Source: Chloroflexota bacterium (GTDB lineage: Bacteria; Chloroflexota; Dehalococcoidia; UBA2979). From it: a DNA stretch of 41,774 nt. How positions within the stretch are numbered: the stretch's first letter is position 1; each line of letters starts with the position of its first letter. Positions 17,590 to 26,461 of this stretch are shown here, piece by piece. Where the stretch lies: positions 1 to 41,774 of the forward strand of contig JAQBZW010000003.1 in the NCBI GenBank assembly GCA_027622315.1. Reading direction: 5' to 3'. Position numbers and translations under genes: made by a program. The notes under the pieces were generated by a model. It was not told where the DNA came from, ran no database searches, and saw only the letters and a list, made by a program, of their open reading frames with translations.

Positions 17590-18491
17590 GCGGGCCGCTC
17601 TAGTACGTCACCGGCCTGCAGCACCTCGCTCGCCGCGACCTTGCGGCCGTCTTCGGGCTGCACGCGGCCGACGGTGATCGTGCCGCCGACCGCGGCGATC
17701 TCGGCCTTGCTGTCCACGATCGAGACCACGGTGCCGGGCGCCTCGCTCGGCGCGCCGGGCTGGAACGTCGCATCGAAGAGTCGCACGCCGGTGCCGCGAA
17801 CCACGCTCGACGCGCCCGGCTGGGGATCGCAACCGCGGATCAAGTTGAAGACGACCTGCCCGTGGTGGTTCCAGTCGATACGCGCGTGCTCCGGACCGCA
17901 GGGTGCCTCGTACGTCCCCAGCGAGTGGTCCTGTGCCTCTCGCGGCGCCGTGCCTTCGCGCACCATGCGCGTCGCCTCGACGAGTGCCTCCACGCCCATC
18001 GGGTAGAGCCGATCGAAGTAGATGGTGCCCACGGTGTCGGTGGGCCGGAGCTCGACTTCGCGCTTGAGCAGGATCGGGCCGGTGTCGATGCCTTCGTCCA
18101 CCCAGAAGATCGTGAGCCCCGTCGTCTGTTCGCCGGCGATGATCGGCCAGTTCATCGCGGTCCGGCCGCGGTGGAGCGGCAGCAGCGACGGGTGGTACTG
18201 GATGGCACCATGCGTCGCGGCCTCGAGCACACGTTTACGCACGATGTCCGTGACGAACGCAAAGACCAGCAGTTCCGGCTTGAGCGCGAGGTATTGCTCG
18301 AACGGTCCGTCCTGCCGCAGCGCCGGCGTCTCGATCACGGGCAGCCCGGCTTCGCCCGCCGCCTCGAAGAGCGGGTCGGGACGTGATCCCGGCCGCGGCG
18401 TTGAGACGGCGACGACGTCCTCGCCGGCCTCACGCAGGGCGTTGAGGACGTCACGGCCGAAGGCCGCCTGTCCGAAGAGCACGATGCGCAT
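17586..18491 (-). CDS. Fmt-family formyltransferase (resembles the N-terminal domain of 10-formyl-THF dehydrogenase)
   Basis: MRIVLFGQAAFG, QYHPSLLPLHRG, IFWVDEGIDTG, Fmt C-terminal domain (IDW, IRGCDPQPGA); GAGGA RBS. Confidence 0.85.
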   Translation of the reverse strand: MRIVLFGQAAFGRDVLNALREAGEDVVAVSTPRPGSRPDPLFEAAGEAGLPVIETPALRQDGPFEQYLALKPELLVFAFVTDIVRKRVLEAATHGAIQYHPSLLPLHRGRTAMNWPIIAGEQTTGLTIFWVDEGIDTGPILLKREVELRPTDTVGTIYFDRLYPMGVEALVEATRMVREGTAPREAQDHSLGTYEAPCGPEHARIDWNHHGQVVFNLIRGCDPQPGASSVVRGTGVRLFDATFQPGAPSEAPGTVVSIVDSKAEIAAVGGTITVGRVQPEDGRKVAASEVLQAGDVLERPA

Positions 18492-18763
18492 GTAGCAGTC
18501 CTCACTGGTGCGGCGACGCGGCCCCATGGGGCGTCGGCGGGCGGCTGGCGCGGCCCAGTATAGGCGGGGGCGATCTGCGCGCTATACGGCGCGACGGGCG
18601 CCGAGACCCTGCCGTGTGCACGGGCGTTCGCGCCTAAAAATGCGGTCGCGGTATCCTTCCCGCCGTGCGCCGCGGGACCGTCCGCCGCGGGTTCGCACGC
18701 GGGCGACTACGATGCGCGCGGTTGCGGGAACTGCCACCGGGGCGAAGGGCAAGGGGGGATCGC

Positions 18764-19183
18764 ATGGCAACCCAGACACGACGGACGGCGCCGCTTGCGG
18801 TGGTGCGGGATGCGCTGACGTCGCAGAACGAGCGCAACCTCGAGCACTTCCGCGAACTGTGCACGCCGGGCTTCACCGGGCACGTCGGGGGCGCGAATGA
18901 GGACCTGAGCGCGTTCATCATGCGCCTGGGCAACCTGCTGGCCGCCTTCCCAGACGCGCGTGTCGAGGTGGAAGACGGGTTCACCGAGGGCACGAAGGTC
19001 GTCGCGCGCTACCGCATGACCGGCACCCACTGCGCCCGCTTCCACGGAATTCCGCGCACGGGGGCGAAGGTGAGCATTCCCGGCGCGTTCATCGCGCGCG
19101 TCCAGAACGGCCGCATCGCCGAAGCGTGGAACTACCTCGACCTCGAAGACCTGCGCGCGCAGCTGGGCGTGCAGTCGATCTAG
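18764..19183 (+). CDS. SnoaL-like ester cyclase (NTF2 fold)
   Basis: AAFPDARVEVED, EGTKVVARYRMTGTH, GIPRTG, GRIAEAW. Confidence 0.88.
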   Translation: MATQTRRTAPLAVVRDALTSQNERNLEHFRELCTPGFTGHVGGANEDLSAFIMRLGNLLAAFPDARVEVEDGFTEGTKVVARYRMTGTHCARFHGIPRTGAKVSIPGAFIARVQNGRIAEAWNYLDLEDLRAQLGVQSI

Positions 19184-19187
19184 CGGC

Positions 19188-19832
19188 TCACGCCGGCGCG
19201 GCGGCGATCACGGTCTCCGCCGCCCGCCACATGTACCAGGACCCGACGGACCGATAGGGCGCCCACGGCGCGCCGATCTCGCGGGCACGTGCCGGCGACG
19301 GCGTCTCGTCCAGCCCGTATGCGCGGCGCATCCCGAGACGCACGCCCAGGTCGCCCACGGGAAGCACGTCCGGGCGGCCGAGCTGGAACATCAGGAACAT
19401 GTGCGCCGTCCACTCGCCGACGCCCTTCACGGCTGTCAGGCGCTCGACGATCTCCTCGTCGGGCAGCTGGTCGAGATCATCGAAGGCGAGCGCGCCGTTC
19501 ACGACGTGCGTCGCGAGGTCACGCAGATAGCCGATCTTCTGCCGCGAGACGCCGGCGCCTCGGAATGCTTCGTCGGTGGTCGCCAGCAGTTCCGTGGGCG
19601 TCGGTGGGCGCGCGTCCTCCGAGTACAGCGCGTGCAGCCGCCGTTCGATCGCGGCGGCTGCCGCACCGGCGAGCTGCTGGTAGAGGATCGCGCGCAGGAC
19701 GGCGTGATACGGCTCGCCGCCCGGCCGCGGCTGATACGGCCCGTGCTCGTCGATCAGCGCAGCCACAACGGGGTCCACGGCGCGCAGACGTCGATACGCC
19801 GCAGCCGCCGAGAACCTCAATCGCTGCGCCAT
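19188..19832 (-). CDS. DNA-3-methyladenine glycosylase II (AlkA-like, HhH-GPD)
   Basis: AILYQQL, LTAVKGVGEWTA, RPDVLPVGDLGV, WAPYRS. Confidence 0.92.
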   Translation of the reverse strand: MAQRLRFSAAAAYRRLRAVDPVVAALIDEHGPYQPRPGGEPYHAVLRAILYQQLAGAAAAAIERRLHALYSEDARPPTPTELLATTDEAFRGAGVSRQKIGYLRDLATHVVNGALAFDDLDQLPDEEIVERLTAVKGVGEWTAHMFLMFQLGRPDVLPVGDLGVRLGMRRAYGLDETPSPARAREIGAPWAPYRSVGSWYMWRAAETVIAAAPA

Positions 19833-20017
19833 CGCTGACCCCCGTGACTGACCGCACGGCCCCTGCGGCCGCGGGAGAGTGGTGCGCCTGCGCGCCGCCG
19901 TCGACGAGCGGAGGCCTGCGATGGCAGTTCGCCCTCGTCAGCCTACCGGCTGCCATTGCTGCCGCGGCGTGCATCGGCCGGGTAGTCTCCACCGGCATGG
20001 GCGAGAGGGGACGAGCG

Positions 20018-20872
20018 ATGCCCGAGACGCGTGGGCCCGATGGGGCGGCGATTCATTATGAAACCTGGGGGAGCGGTCACCCGCTGCTGCTGATCGCGCC
20101 GGGCGGCGTGAACAGCGAGATCGGCTTCTGGGAGCGCAGCGCGATCAACCCGATCGCCGAGTTTCAGTCCGAATTTCTGGTGATCGGCATGGACCAGCGC
20201 CACGCGGGCGCTTCGTGGAACGCGCCGCTCGGCTTCTCGTACGACCTCACCGCCGGCGACCAGCTCGCGGTGCTCGACGCTGTCGGTGTGGAGCGCGCCC
20301 ATGTGTGGGGCGGCTGCATCGGCGTGATGTACGCGCTGAGGCTGGCGTCGATCGCGCCGGAGCGTGTGAGCGCGATCGTCGGGCAGGATCCGGTCGGCCT
20401 CGACGAGACGAACTCGATGGATGTGTTCATGCGCATGTTCGAGCCGACGATCGTGCTCGCGCGGACGGAAGGTCCGGGGGCGGTCGTCGCATCGGCCGTC
20501 GCGAACCCGGTGTTCATGGCGAACAACGCGGGCGGTCCGTACGCACGACGCATTGCCGCGGACGGCGTCTTCCGTGACGGCATCGCCGCCATGACGAGCG
20601 ACGAGTACGTGGCCACGATCGAGCGCTTCGCGGAGGCGATCTGGCCGAACGACCCGCCGCTGCTGACCGTGACCACGGACTGGCTGAGCTCGTGCGAGAC
20701 CCCGCTCTTGATCCTGCCGGGCAGCGACGCGTTCCACCCCACCGGTATCGCGCAGATGATCTGCCGCACGGCGCCCCACGCGCACTGTCTCGACGTCGAC
20801 TGTCGCTCGGATGCGAAGAAGCCGGCAACGATCGATGCCATTCGCGCGTTTCTGCACGAGCACGTCGGGTAG
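20018..20872 (+). CDS. Alpha/beta fold hydrolase with Cys at the nucleophile elbow
   Basis: IHYETWGSGHPLLLIAPGG, MDQRHAG, GGCIG, PLLILPGSDAFHP. Confidence 0.85.
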   Translation: MPETRGPDGAAIHYETWGSGHPLLLIAPGGVNSEIGFWERSAINPIAEFQSEFLVIGMDQRHAGASWNAPLGFSYDLTAGDQLAVLDAVGVERAHVWGGCIGVMYALRLASIAPERVSAIVGQDPVGLDETNSMDVFMRMFEPTIVLARTEGPGAVVASAVANPVFMANNAGGPYARRIAADGVFRDGIAAMTSDEYVATIERFAEAIWPNDPPLLTVTTDWLSSCETPLLILPGSDAFHPTGIAQMICRTAPHAHCLDVDCRSDAKKPATIDAIRAFLHEHVG

Positions 20873-21003
20873 GCGCACCCGGCGCAGCCAGACGCGCCCG
20901 CTCCGCCCGTCGGGACGAACGACGGTCCGGGACCTGCCGCGGCGCGGGAGACGGGGGGCCTCCCGGCGGCCGATGATGTCCGTGCAGGGCGGAGATCGGC
21001 AGG

Positions 21004-21714
21004 ATGGACATGCTCGGCGAACGCCGGCGTTGGATTCGTGGTCTGACCGCGTTGTTGGCGCTCGGTGCCGCGGTCGTGGTGCTCGCACTGATCGGACAGG
21101 GCCGGCCGGCCGGCGAAGCCCGCTCGCTGTCTCCGGACGGAACAGCTGCGGCGGACGCGCACGCGGCCGTGACGGTCGCCGGCGCGGAAGCGCGGCTCGT
21201 GAGTCTGGCCGTGCGCCGTCGTTACGCGTTCCCGCTCAGTCCATCCCGCGTCGCCGGGTACTCGCCCGGCGGTCACGCCTATCCGGCAACCGACATCTTC
21301 GCGCCGATCGGGACGCGCTACGTCGCCGTGACGAGCGGTGTGATCGAGAGCGTGAACCGTATTGACCGCTGGGATCCGGCGATCGACGACGCGGCGAATC
21401 GCGGTGGGCGCTGGGTCTCGCTGATCGGGGACGATGGGGTCCGCTACTACGGCTCGCACTTCTCGGTGATCGCGCGGAACCTTGCGCCCGGCGATCGCGT
21501 CGGCGCGGGGCAAGTGCTCGCGTACGTCGGGGTCGCCGGCAACGCTCGGGGCACGCCGGCGCACGTCCACTTCGGCATCTCATGTCCCAGCGCGCCCGCC
21601 GACTGGGAACGTCGTCGTGGTGAGTTCGATCCGGTGCCGTACCTCAACGCCTGGCGAGCGGGCGTGTGGTCGAGTCCCGCGGACGAGTACGCGTGCCTGA
21701 CCCCGGGCCGCTGA
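21004..21714 (+). CDS. M23 family metallopeptidase with N-terminal membrane/signal segment
   Basis: HAYPATDIFAP.GT, YYGSH, GDRVGAGQVL, GNA...HVHFGI. Confidence 0.88.
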   Translation: MDMLGERRRWIRGLTALLALGAAVVVLALIGQGRPAGEARSLSPDGTAAADAHAAVTVAGAEARLVSLAVRRRYAFPLSPSRVAGYSPGGHAYPATDIFAPIGTRYVAVTSGVIESVNRIDRWDPAIDDAANRGGRWVSLIGDDGVRYYGSHFSVIARNLAPGDRVGAGQVLAYVGVAGNARGTPAHVHFGISCPSAPADWERRRGEFDPVPYLNAWRAGVWSSPADEYACLTPGR

Positions 21715-21784
21715 GCGCCGGCACGGCGACGGCCCGCCTTCCCCGTTGAGCGCGCCGGCCGAATCGCGCGCTACGCTGCGGCGC

Positions 21785-22753
21785 ATGGACACTCGACAGC
21801 TCGGAGGCCTCTGGCCCGTCAGCGCGCTCACGCTCGGTGGGGGCGGCATCGGCCAGGTCTGGGGGACGACGACGCGTGAGGAGTCGATCGCGACCGCGCG
21901 GGCCGCGGTCGCGGGCGGCATCACGTTGCTCGACCTCGCGCCGTCGTACGGCGACGGCGAGGCCGAGCGCGTGATCGGCGAGGCCTTCGGCGGCCGGTTG
22001 CCGGACGGCGTGCGCGTGACGACGAAGCACGGCCTCGGTGCGCCGCCGGCCGCCGAGGTCTACGACCGCCTGCGGGCCAGCCTCGAGGGCTCGCTCGAGC
22101 GTATGCGCATCGAGCGCGTCGACCTGTTCTTCCTGCACAACATGATCGTGCCGGACCCGCCGGCCGGCGGCGATGTGCCCGCGCGCGCGACCCCGCGGTC
22201 ACTCTTCGTTGAGGCCGTGCGCCCCGCGTTCGAGCGGCTCGTCGCGGAGGGGCGAGTCGGCGCGTGGGCGCTGACCGGCATCGGCGTGCCGTCGGCGCTG
22301 CTCGAGACGGTGGCGGAAGATCCGCCGCCCGCGGCGATGCAGTGCATCACCAACCTGCTCGACTCGCCGGGCGGCCTCGCGCGCTACGACGAGTCGCCGC
22401 GCCCCCGCGCGATGATCGCTGCCGCGCAGGCGCGCGGCGTGGGCGTGATGGGTATCCGCGCCGTGCAGGCGGGCGCGCTCACCGACGCGCTCGACCGCCC
22501 GCTGGCGGACGATCATCCCGAGATGGTCGACTTCCGTCGCGCTGCGCCTCTGCGCGCGATCGCGGCCGAGCTCGGCGTGAGTACCGCCCGGCTGGCGCAC
22601 CGCTACGCGCTCTCGATGGCGGGTGTGGACACCGTCGTGCTCGGCGTGAAGAACCGCGCCGAGCTGCAGGACTGCGTCGCCGCCGAGGCAGACGGCCTGC
22701 TCGACGCCGAGCTTTCGGCGCGCATCGACCGAGCGGTATCGGGCGGCGAGTGA
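21785..22753 (+). CDS. Aldo/keto reductase
   Basis: VSALTLGG, DLAPSYG (Asp/Tyr), VTTK, LFFLHN catalytic tetrad. Confidence 0.92.
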   Translation: MDTRQLGGLWPVSALTLGGGGIGQVWGTTTREESIATARAAVAGGITLLDLAPSYGDGEAERVIGEAFGGRLPDGVRVTTKHGLGAPPAAEVYDRLRASLEGSLERMRIERVDLFFLHNMIVPDPPAGGDVPARATPRSLFVEAVRPAFERLVAEGRVGAWALTGIGVPSALLETVAEDPPPAAMQCITNLLDSPGGLARYDESPRPRAMIAAAQARGVGVMGIRAVQAGALTDALDRPLADDHPEMVDFRRAAPLRAIAAELGVSTARLAHRYALSMAGVDTVVLGVKNRAELQDCVAAEADGLLDAELSARIDRAVSGGE

Positions 22754-22826
22754 TCTCCCGCGTCTGACTTCCCGCGCGTGCTCAGATGAGCGGCCTCGGC
22801 GGGTGACCCTCGGTCGCGGGCTCTCT

Positions 22827-23400
22827 TAATCCGTTCGTCTAATCCGTTCGTCCTGAGCCTGTCGAAGGGCCGTCGCGCGCGGTAGGTCGCTCCGCGACTC
22901 AGCGATCCCGGTTCGCGCCCGTCGTTCGACAAGGACGAGCGGGAGGCGGGCGCGCGTTCGGCGCGGCGGTCGCGGGTCGCTCGCGCACCGTGGGTTGCCG
23001 CACGACGGTCCTTCGACAGGCTCAGCAAGGACGAACGGAAGGCGGACGTGCGTTCGGCGCGGCGGTCGCGCGTCGCTCGCGCAACGTGGGTTGTCGCGCG
23101 ACGGTCCTTCGACGAGCTCAGGACAAACGGGAGGCGGACGTGCGTCCGGCGTGGCGGTCCGGCGCTTCGGCGCTTCGGCCACGGTGGACCGACGCTTCAA
23201 CCGCCGCAGTCGGCCGTCCGGTCTACTCCTCCGTTCGTCCTGAGCCTGTCGAAGGACTGTCGCGCGCGGTAGGTCGCTCCGCTACGCAGCGATCCCGGTT
23301 CGCGCACGTCCTTCGACAGGCTCAGGACGAACGGAGAGGTACCCGCGCAGGACGAACAGGGAGGGACCGGGTCAGGGCGAACGAAGAGCGAGAGAACGGA
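22827..23400. repeat. REP/BIME-like mosaic of palindromic repeats (unit TCCGTTCGTCCTGAGCCTGTCGAAGGAC)
   Basis: Forward arms 22843-22868 and 23230-23257; reverse arms 22921-22943 (degenerate), 23008-23039, 23104-23130 and 23308-23335; perfect 29-bp IR 23229-23257/23308-23336; conserved linkers; lies between convergent genes. Confidence 0.85.
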
Positions 23401-23453
23401 AGAGCGAGCGCGCGCGGCTGTTCCTCGGCGCGGCCTTGCCGCGCCCGTGCCCG

Positions 23454-25169
23454 CTAGCGGCGGTCGGTGCGAACGAGCGGGGAGATCAGTAGCGGCGCGC
23501 CGCTGCCGAGCATCGCCAGCGCATCGAGCGCGTACGCGACGGCGCCCGCGCCGTTGGGCACCGCCTCGACCAGTGGCGGGAGCCACTGCCTGCCGCCGCC
23601 CGCGATCACCAGTGGAGGGGCGTCGCCGCGGATTCCCGCGAGCCGTCGCGCGTATGCGAGCGCCGCCGGCAGCCCGCCAAGCTCGTCGACGAGCCCGTGT
23701 TCCAGCGCCTGGCGACCCGTCCACACGCGACCGCCGCCCACGGCGTCGACCTCGGCCGTGGTCATCCCGCGTCCGCTGGCGACGCGGTCGAGGAAGAGGT
23801 CGTACGTGCGGCCGATGTGCGCCCAGACCAGAGCCCGCTCTTCTGGCGTGTACGCGCGCTCCGGCGACGCCAGCAGCGCGTGCCGCCCGCGGTGCAGCGT
23901 CTCGCGTCGAAGCGCGAATCGATCGAGCAGGCCGCGTGTGACGATCTTGGCTGAGACCACGCCGATCGATCCCGTGATCGTGCTGGGCTGCGCGAACACG
24001 CGCCGGCCCGGCACCGCCACGTAGTACCCGCCGGACGCCGCGACGGCACCCATCGCCACGACGACGGGCTTGTGCTCGTTGAGCGCGATCAGCGCGCCGA
24101 GCATCGCCTCGGAGGCGAAGGGCGAGCCGCCGGGCGAATCGACATAAACGACCACGGCGCCGACGCGAGCGTCGCGCTGTGCGCGTCGGATCGCCTGGAC
24201 CACGGTCAGGTCGCCACTCCGTGCCTCGCCCACGAGTGGCAACGGGATCGGGAGCGGTACTGGGGTGCGCCGGCTCTCGCCGTCGAAGATCAGGCCTTCG
24301 ATCGGGATCAGCGCCACGTGGCGGCCGGCCGGGAAGGCCGGCCGGCGCGGACGGAGCGTGCCGCGCGCAGCGTCGAAGGCGTCGAGCCGTGCGCGCCGCT
24401 GGGGGTGGCCGGCGCGCGCGGCGAGCCAGGCCGGCAGCCGCTCGGGCGCAACGATCGCGTCCACGAGCCTCAGCTCCAGCGCGCGTTCGTCCGTACAGGG
24501 CGTCTGGTCGATCAGGTCGTGCGCGGCCGGCTCGCGGATACCACGCGCTTCCGCGAGCGAGCGTGCGAACTCCTGGGTCGCCGCGTCGAGCATCCAGTTC
24601 GACATCGCGCGGGCCTCGGCTGAGAGCCGGGTGTGGGTGAGCGCATCCATCGCCGTTTTGAACGGGCTGATCGCGAGCACATCGGCTTCCACACCGATGC
24701 GCGCGAGCGCGTCCGCGAGGAAGAGATGCGTGTGGCTCGTCGCCAGCGCCTCGACGTAGCCACCGGGCCGGATCAGCACGGCGTCCGCCGCCGTCGCGAC
24801 GTGGTAGCTCGAGCGCGAGTAGTGGAACGAGGACACGACGACGCGTGTTCCTGCGCCGCGCAGCTCGAGCATGGCATCGCGCAGCGTCTCGACCTGCGCG
24901 GCCCGCAGGTGGAGCGTCGGACGCAGCTCGAGCACGACGCCGCGCACGCGCGGGTCCCGGGCGATCGCGAGGAAGTGCTCGCGCAGGTCGAGCAGGTTTG
25001 GCGACGGGCGCCGCAGCAGGCGCACGAACAGGTTTGGCGCCGGCCACGGGTAGTCCGTGTACTCGCCGTCGAGCACGAACACGACGTAGTCGGGTGGGCG
25101 CCGGCCGGGCAGCCCGTGGCCCACAATCCAGCGCGTGAGAGCGAGCGTGTAACTGACGGCGCGGAGCAC
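23454..25169 (-). CDS. sppA: Signal peptide peptidase SppA (protease IV, two-domain S49)
   Basis: SPFKTAMD (Lys), VDSPGGS, AASGGYY (Ser), TITGSIGV, GRVWTGRQA...GLVDELGG. Confidence 0.92.
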   Translation of the reverse strand: MLRAVSYTLALTRWIVGHGLPGRRPPDYVVFVLDGEYTDYPWPAPNLFVRLLRRPSPNLLDLREHFLAIARDPRVRGVVLELRPTLHLRAAQVETLRDAMLELRGAGTRVVVSSFHYSRSSYHVATAADAVLIRPGGYVEALATSHTHLFLADALARIGVEADVLAISPFKTAMDALTHTRLSAEARAMSNWMLDAATQEFARSLAEARGIREPAAHDLIDQTPCTDERALELRLVDAIVAPERLPAWLAARAGHPQRRARLDAFDAARGTLRPRRPAFPAGRHVALIPIEGLIFDGESRRTPVPLPIPLPLVGEARSGDLTVVQAIRRAQRDARVGAVVVYVDSPGGSPFASEAMLGALIALNEHKPVVVAMGAVAASGGYYVAVPGRRVFAQPSTITGSIGVVSAKIVTRGLLDRFALRRETLHRGRHALLASPERAYTPEERALVWAHIGRTYDLFLDRVASGRGMTTAEVDAVGGGRVWTGRQALEHGLVDELGGLPAALAYARRLAGIRGDAPPLVIAGGGRQWLPPLVEAVPNGAGAVAYALDALAMLGSGAPLLISPLVRTDRR

Positions 25170-25170
25170 G

Positions 25171-25782
25171 CTAACGCGCTCCCGCAGGGGGCGCGTCCGG
25201 GGGTGTCGCGGTTGTCCCGACGTCCTCGTGCGCGGCGAGCGCGGGCACGCCGGCGAGCCAGCGGTCCGTCTCGCGCTGTGAGCGGACGCGCACGAAGCGG
25301 ATGTGCGCGAACCGCGGATCCCGGAGCAGCTCGGGCCAGCGCGCGCGGTGCTTGCCGTGCGTCCGCACGGCCCACACCAGCAACGAGTCGTTCCACGAGG
25401 TGAGGTGCTTCAAGAACGATTCCGTGTTCGTGCCCCAGAGTAGTTCGCGGCTGCGCCAGCGACGCCACGAGCGCGTCAGCACGCGCCACAGCACGATCGG
25501 GAGCGGGTAGTCGAGGAAGACCACGGTGTCGGCGCGTGGCCAGGTGAGGTCCTGCGTCGTCGACTGGTAGTTCCCGGCGATCACCCAACCGTCCCCCGTC
25601 GTCGCCGCGCGGACACGTCCGCGAAAGATCTCGTTGTCCGCTTCGACCCAGTGCGGTTCCCAGTGCAGCGCGTCGAGCTCGACGAACGCCACGCCCAGCC
25701 GGCTCGCGAGCGACGCGGCGAGCGTGCTCTTCCCGCTGCCCGTGTTGCCGATCACGATCACACGGCGGCCGATCGCTGACAT
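25171..25782 (-). CDS. P-loop kinase, adenylate kinase-like / FlaR (topology modulation) family
   Basis: [12 protein letters not shown] Walker A, ELDALHW, WVIAGNY, ADTVVFLD. Confidence 0.85.
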   Translation of the reverse strand: MSAIGRRVIVIGNTGSGKSTLAASLASRLGVAFVELDALHWEPHWVEADNEIFRGRVRAATTGDGWVIAGNYQSTTQDLTWPRADTVVFLDYPLPIVLWRVLTRSWRRWRSRELLWGTNTESFLKHLTSWNDSLLVWAVRTHGKHRARWPELLRDPRFAHIRFVRVRSQRETDRWLAGVPALAAHEDVGTTATPPDAPPAGAR

Positions 25783-25878
25783 TTCGAGCGCTCCGTGCAT
25801 GTGCGAACGAAAGGACCGCCCGGTGGGGCGGTCCCAGTCTCGCGCGCCGCGACGGCTGATGCCAGTTCGCGCCGGGCG

Positions 25879-26295
25879 TCAGCCACTCGCCGCCGGATTC
25901 ACCGTGAACGTGCCGGGGCCAATCTCGCCGAGCAGCTTGAGCTCGCTCGCCGACCACTGCACGTCGCCTTCCTGCTCGAGGTCATCGCGTGCTGAGAGGT
26001 CCAGGCCGACCAGCGTCAGCGAGCTGCCACCGCACTGCGGCGGAAATGACTCTGCCAGGGCTTCGCACAGCCGGACGTCGTCTCCGTGAGCCACTACGTA
26101 CCCACGGACGAGCACTGGACCCTGCGCTGATCTTGCCAGCGCTTCCGGAACCGAGAGGCCCGGCCCCATCGCGGAGCTGCCCCCGCTCGTTGCTCCACCG
26201 GTGCTGGCGCCCGGTGTGGCCGGCGAGGGTGCGCTATCGCCACAGCCGGCGATCGCGAAGACGATCAACAGGACCGCCACAGAAATGCTTCGCAT
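25879..26295 (-). CDS. Hypothetical lipoprotein
   Basis: Lipobox IAG-C after a hydrophobic stretch; Ser/Gly/Thr linker; LCEALAESFPPQCGG Cys pair; AGGAG RBS. Confidence 0.75.
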   Translation of the reverse strand: MRSISVAVLLIVFAIAGCGDSAPSPATPGASTGGATSGGSSAMGPGLSVPEALARSAQGPVLVRGYVVAHGDDVRLCEALAESFPPQCGGSSLTLVGLDLSARDDLEQEGDVQWSASELKLLGEIGPGTFTVNPAASG

Positions 26296-26333
26296 CAGGT
26301 TGCTCCTGTCCCGAGGTGCTTCATCAGGAGTGA

Positions 26334-26359
26334 GACGATGCGTTGCGACATTCGGTTCC
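26334..26359 (-). promoter_or_regulatory. Putative ECF-sigma promoter GGAAC-N17-CGTC
   Basis: Minus strand GGAAC(26359-26355)-17 nt-CGTC(26337-26334), downstream of a terminator and about 40 nt upstream of the lipoprotein start. Confidence 0.55.
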
Positions 26360-26405
26360 CCTGCCGCCCCGTTTCCACGCCGGCATGAGCCTGGCGCGCG
26401 GCATG

Positions 26406-26429
26406 AAAAGACCGCCCGCAGGCGGTCTT
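26406..26429 (-). terminator. Rho-independent terminator after the SDR gene
   Basis: 9-bp stem AAGACCGCC/GGCGGTCTT with 4-nt loop, ending in TTTT on the minus strand, 32 nt after the stop. Confidence 0.75.
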
Positions 26430-26461
26430 CTCGATTCTGCGCTGACCGGCGGAGCGGTCGG

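Noticed and set aside
18560-18763. ZTP or THF riboswitch near the formyltransferase (CCACCGGGG)
   Set aside because: The fragment is on the opposite strand from the formyltransferase, and the GACTGG and GCCTGGGC elements are absent
19917-19960. Possible fluoride (crcB) riboswitch from GCGATGGCAGTTCGCC
   Set aside because: Spacing differs from the consensus, the downstream GCTGATGAC element is missing and the downstream gene is atypical; only a generic hairpin is supported
22843-23336. CRISPR array
   Set aside because: Repeats occur in both orientations, the spacers are themselves repeated and of irregular length, and there are no cas genes; fits REP/BIME
22603-23457. Short ORFs containing PFVLSLSKD or PFDRLRTNG peptides
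   Set aside because: These are translations of the palindromic repeat, not genes
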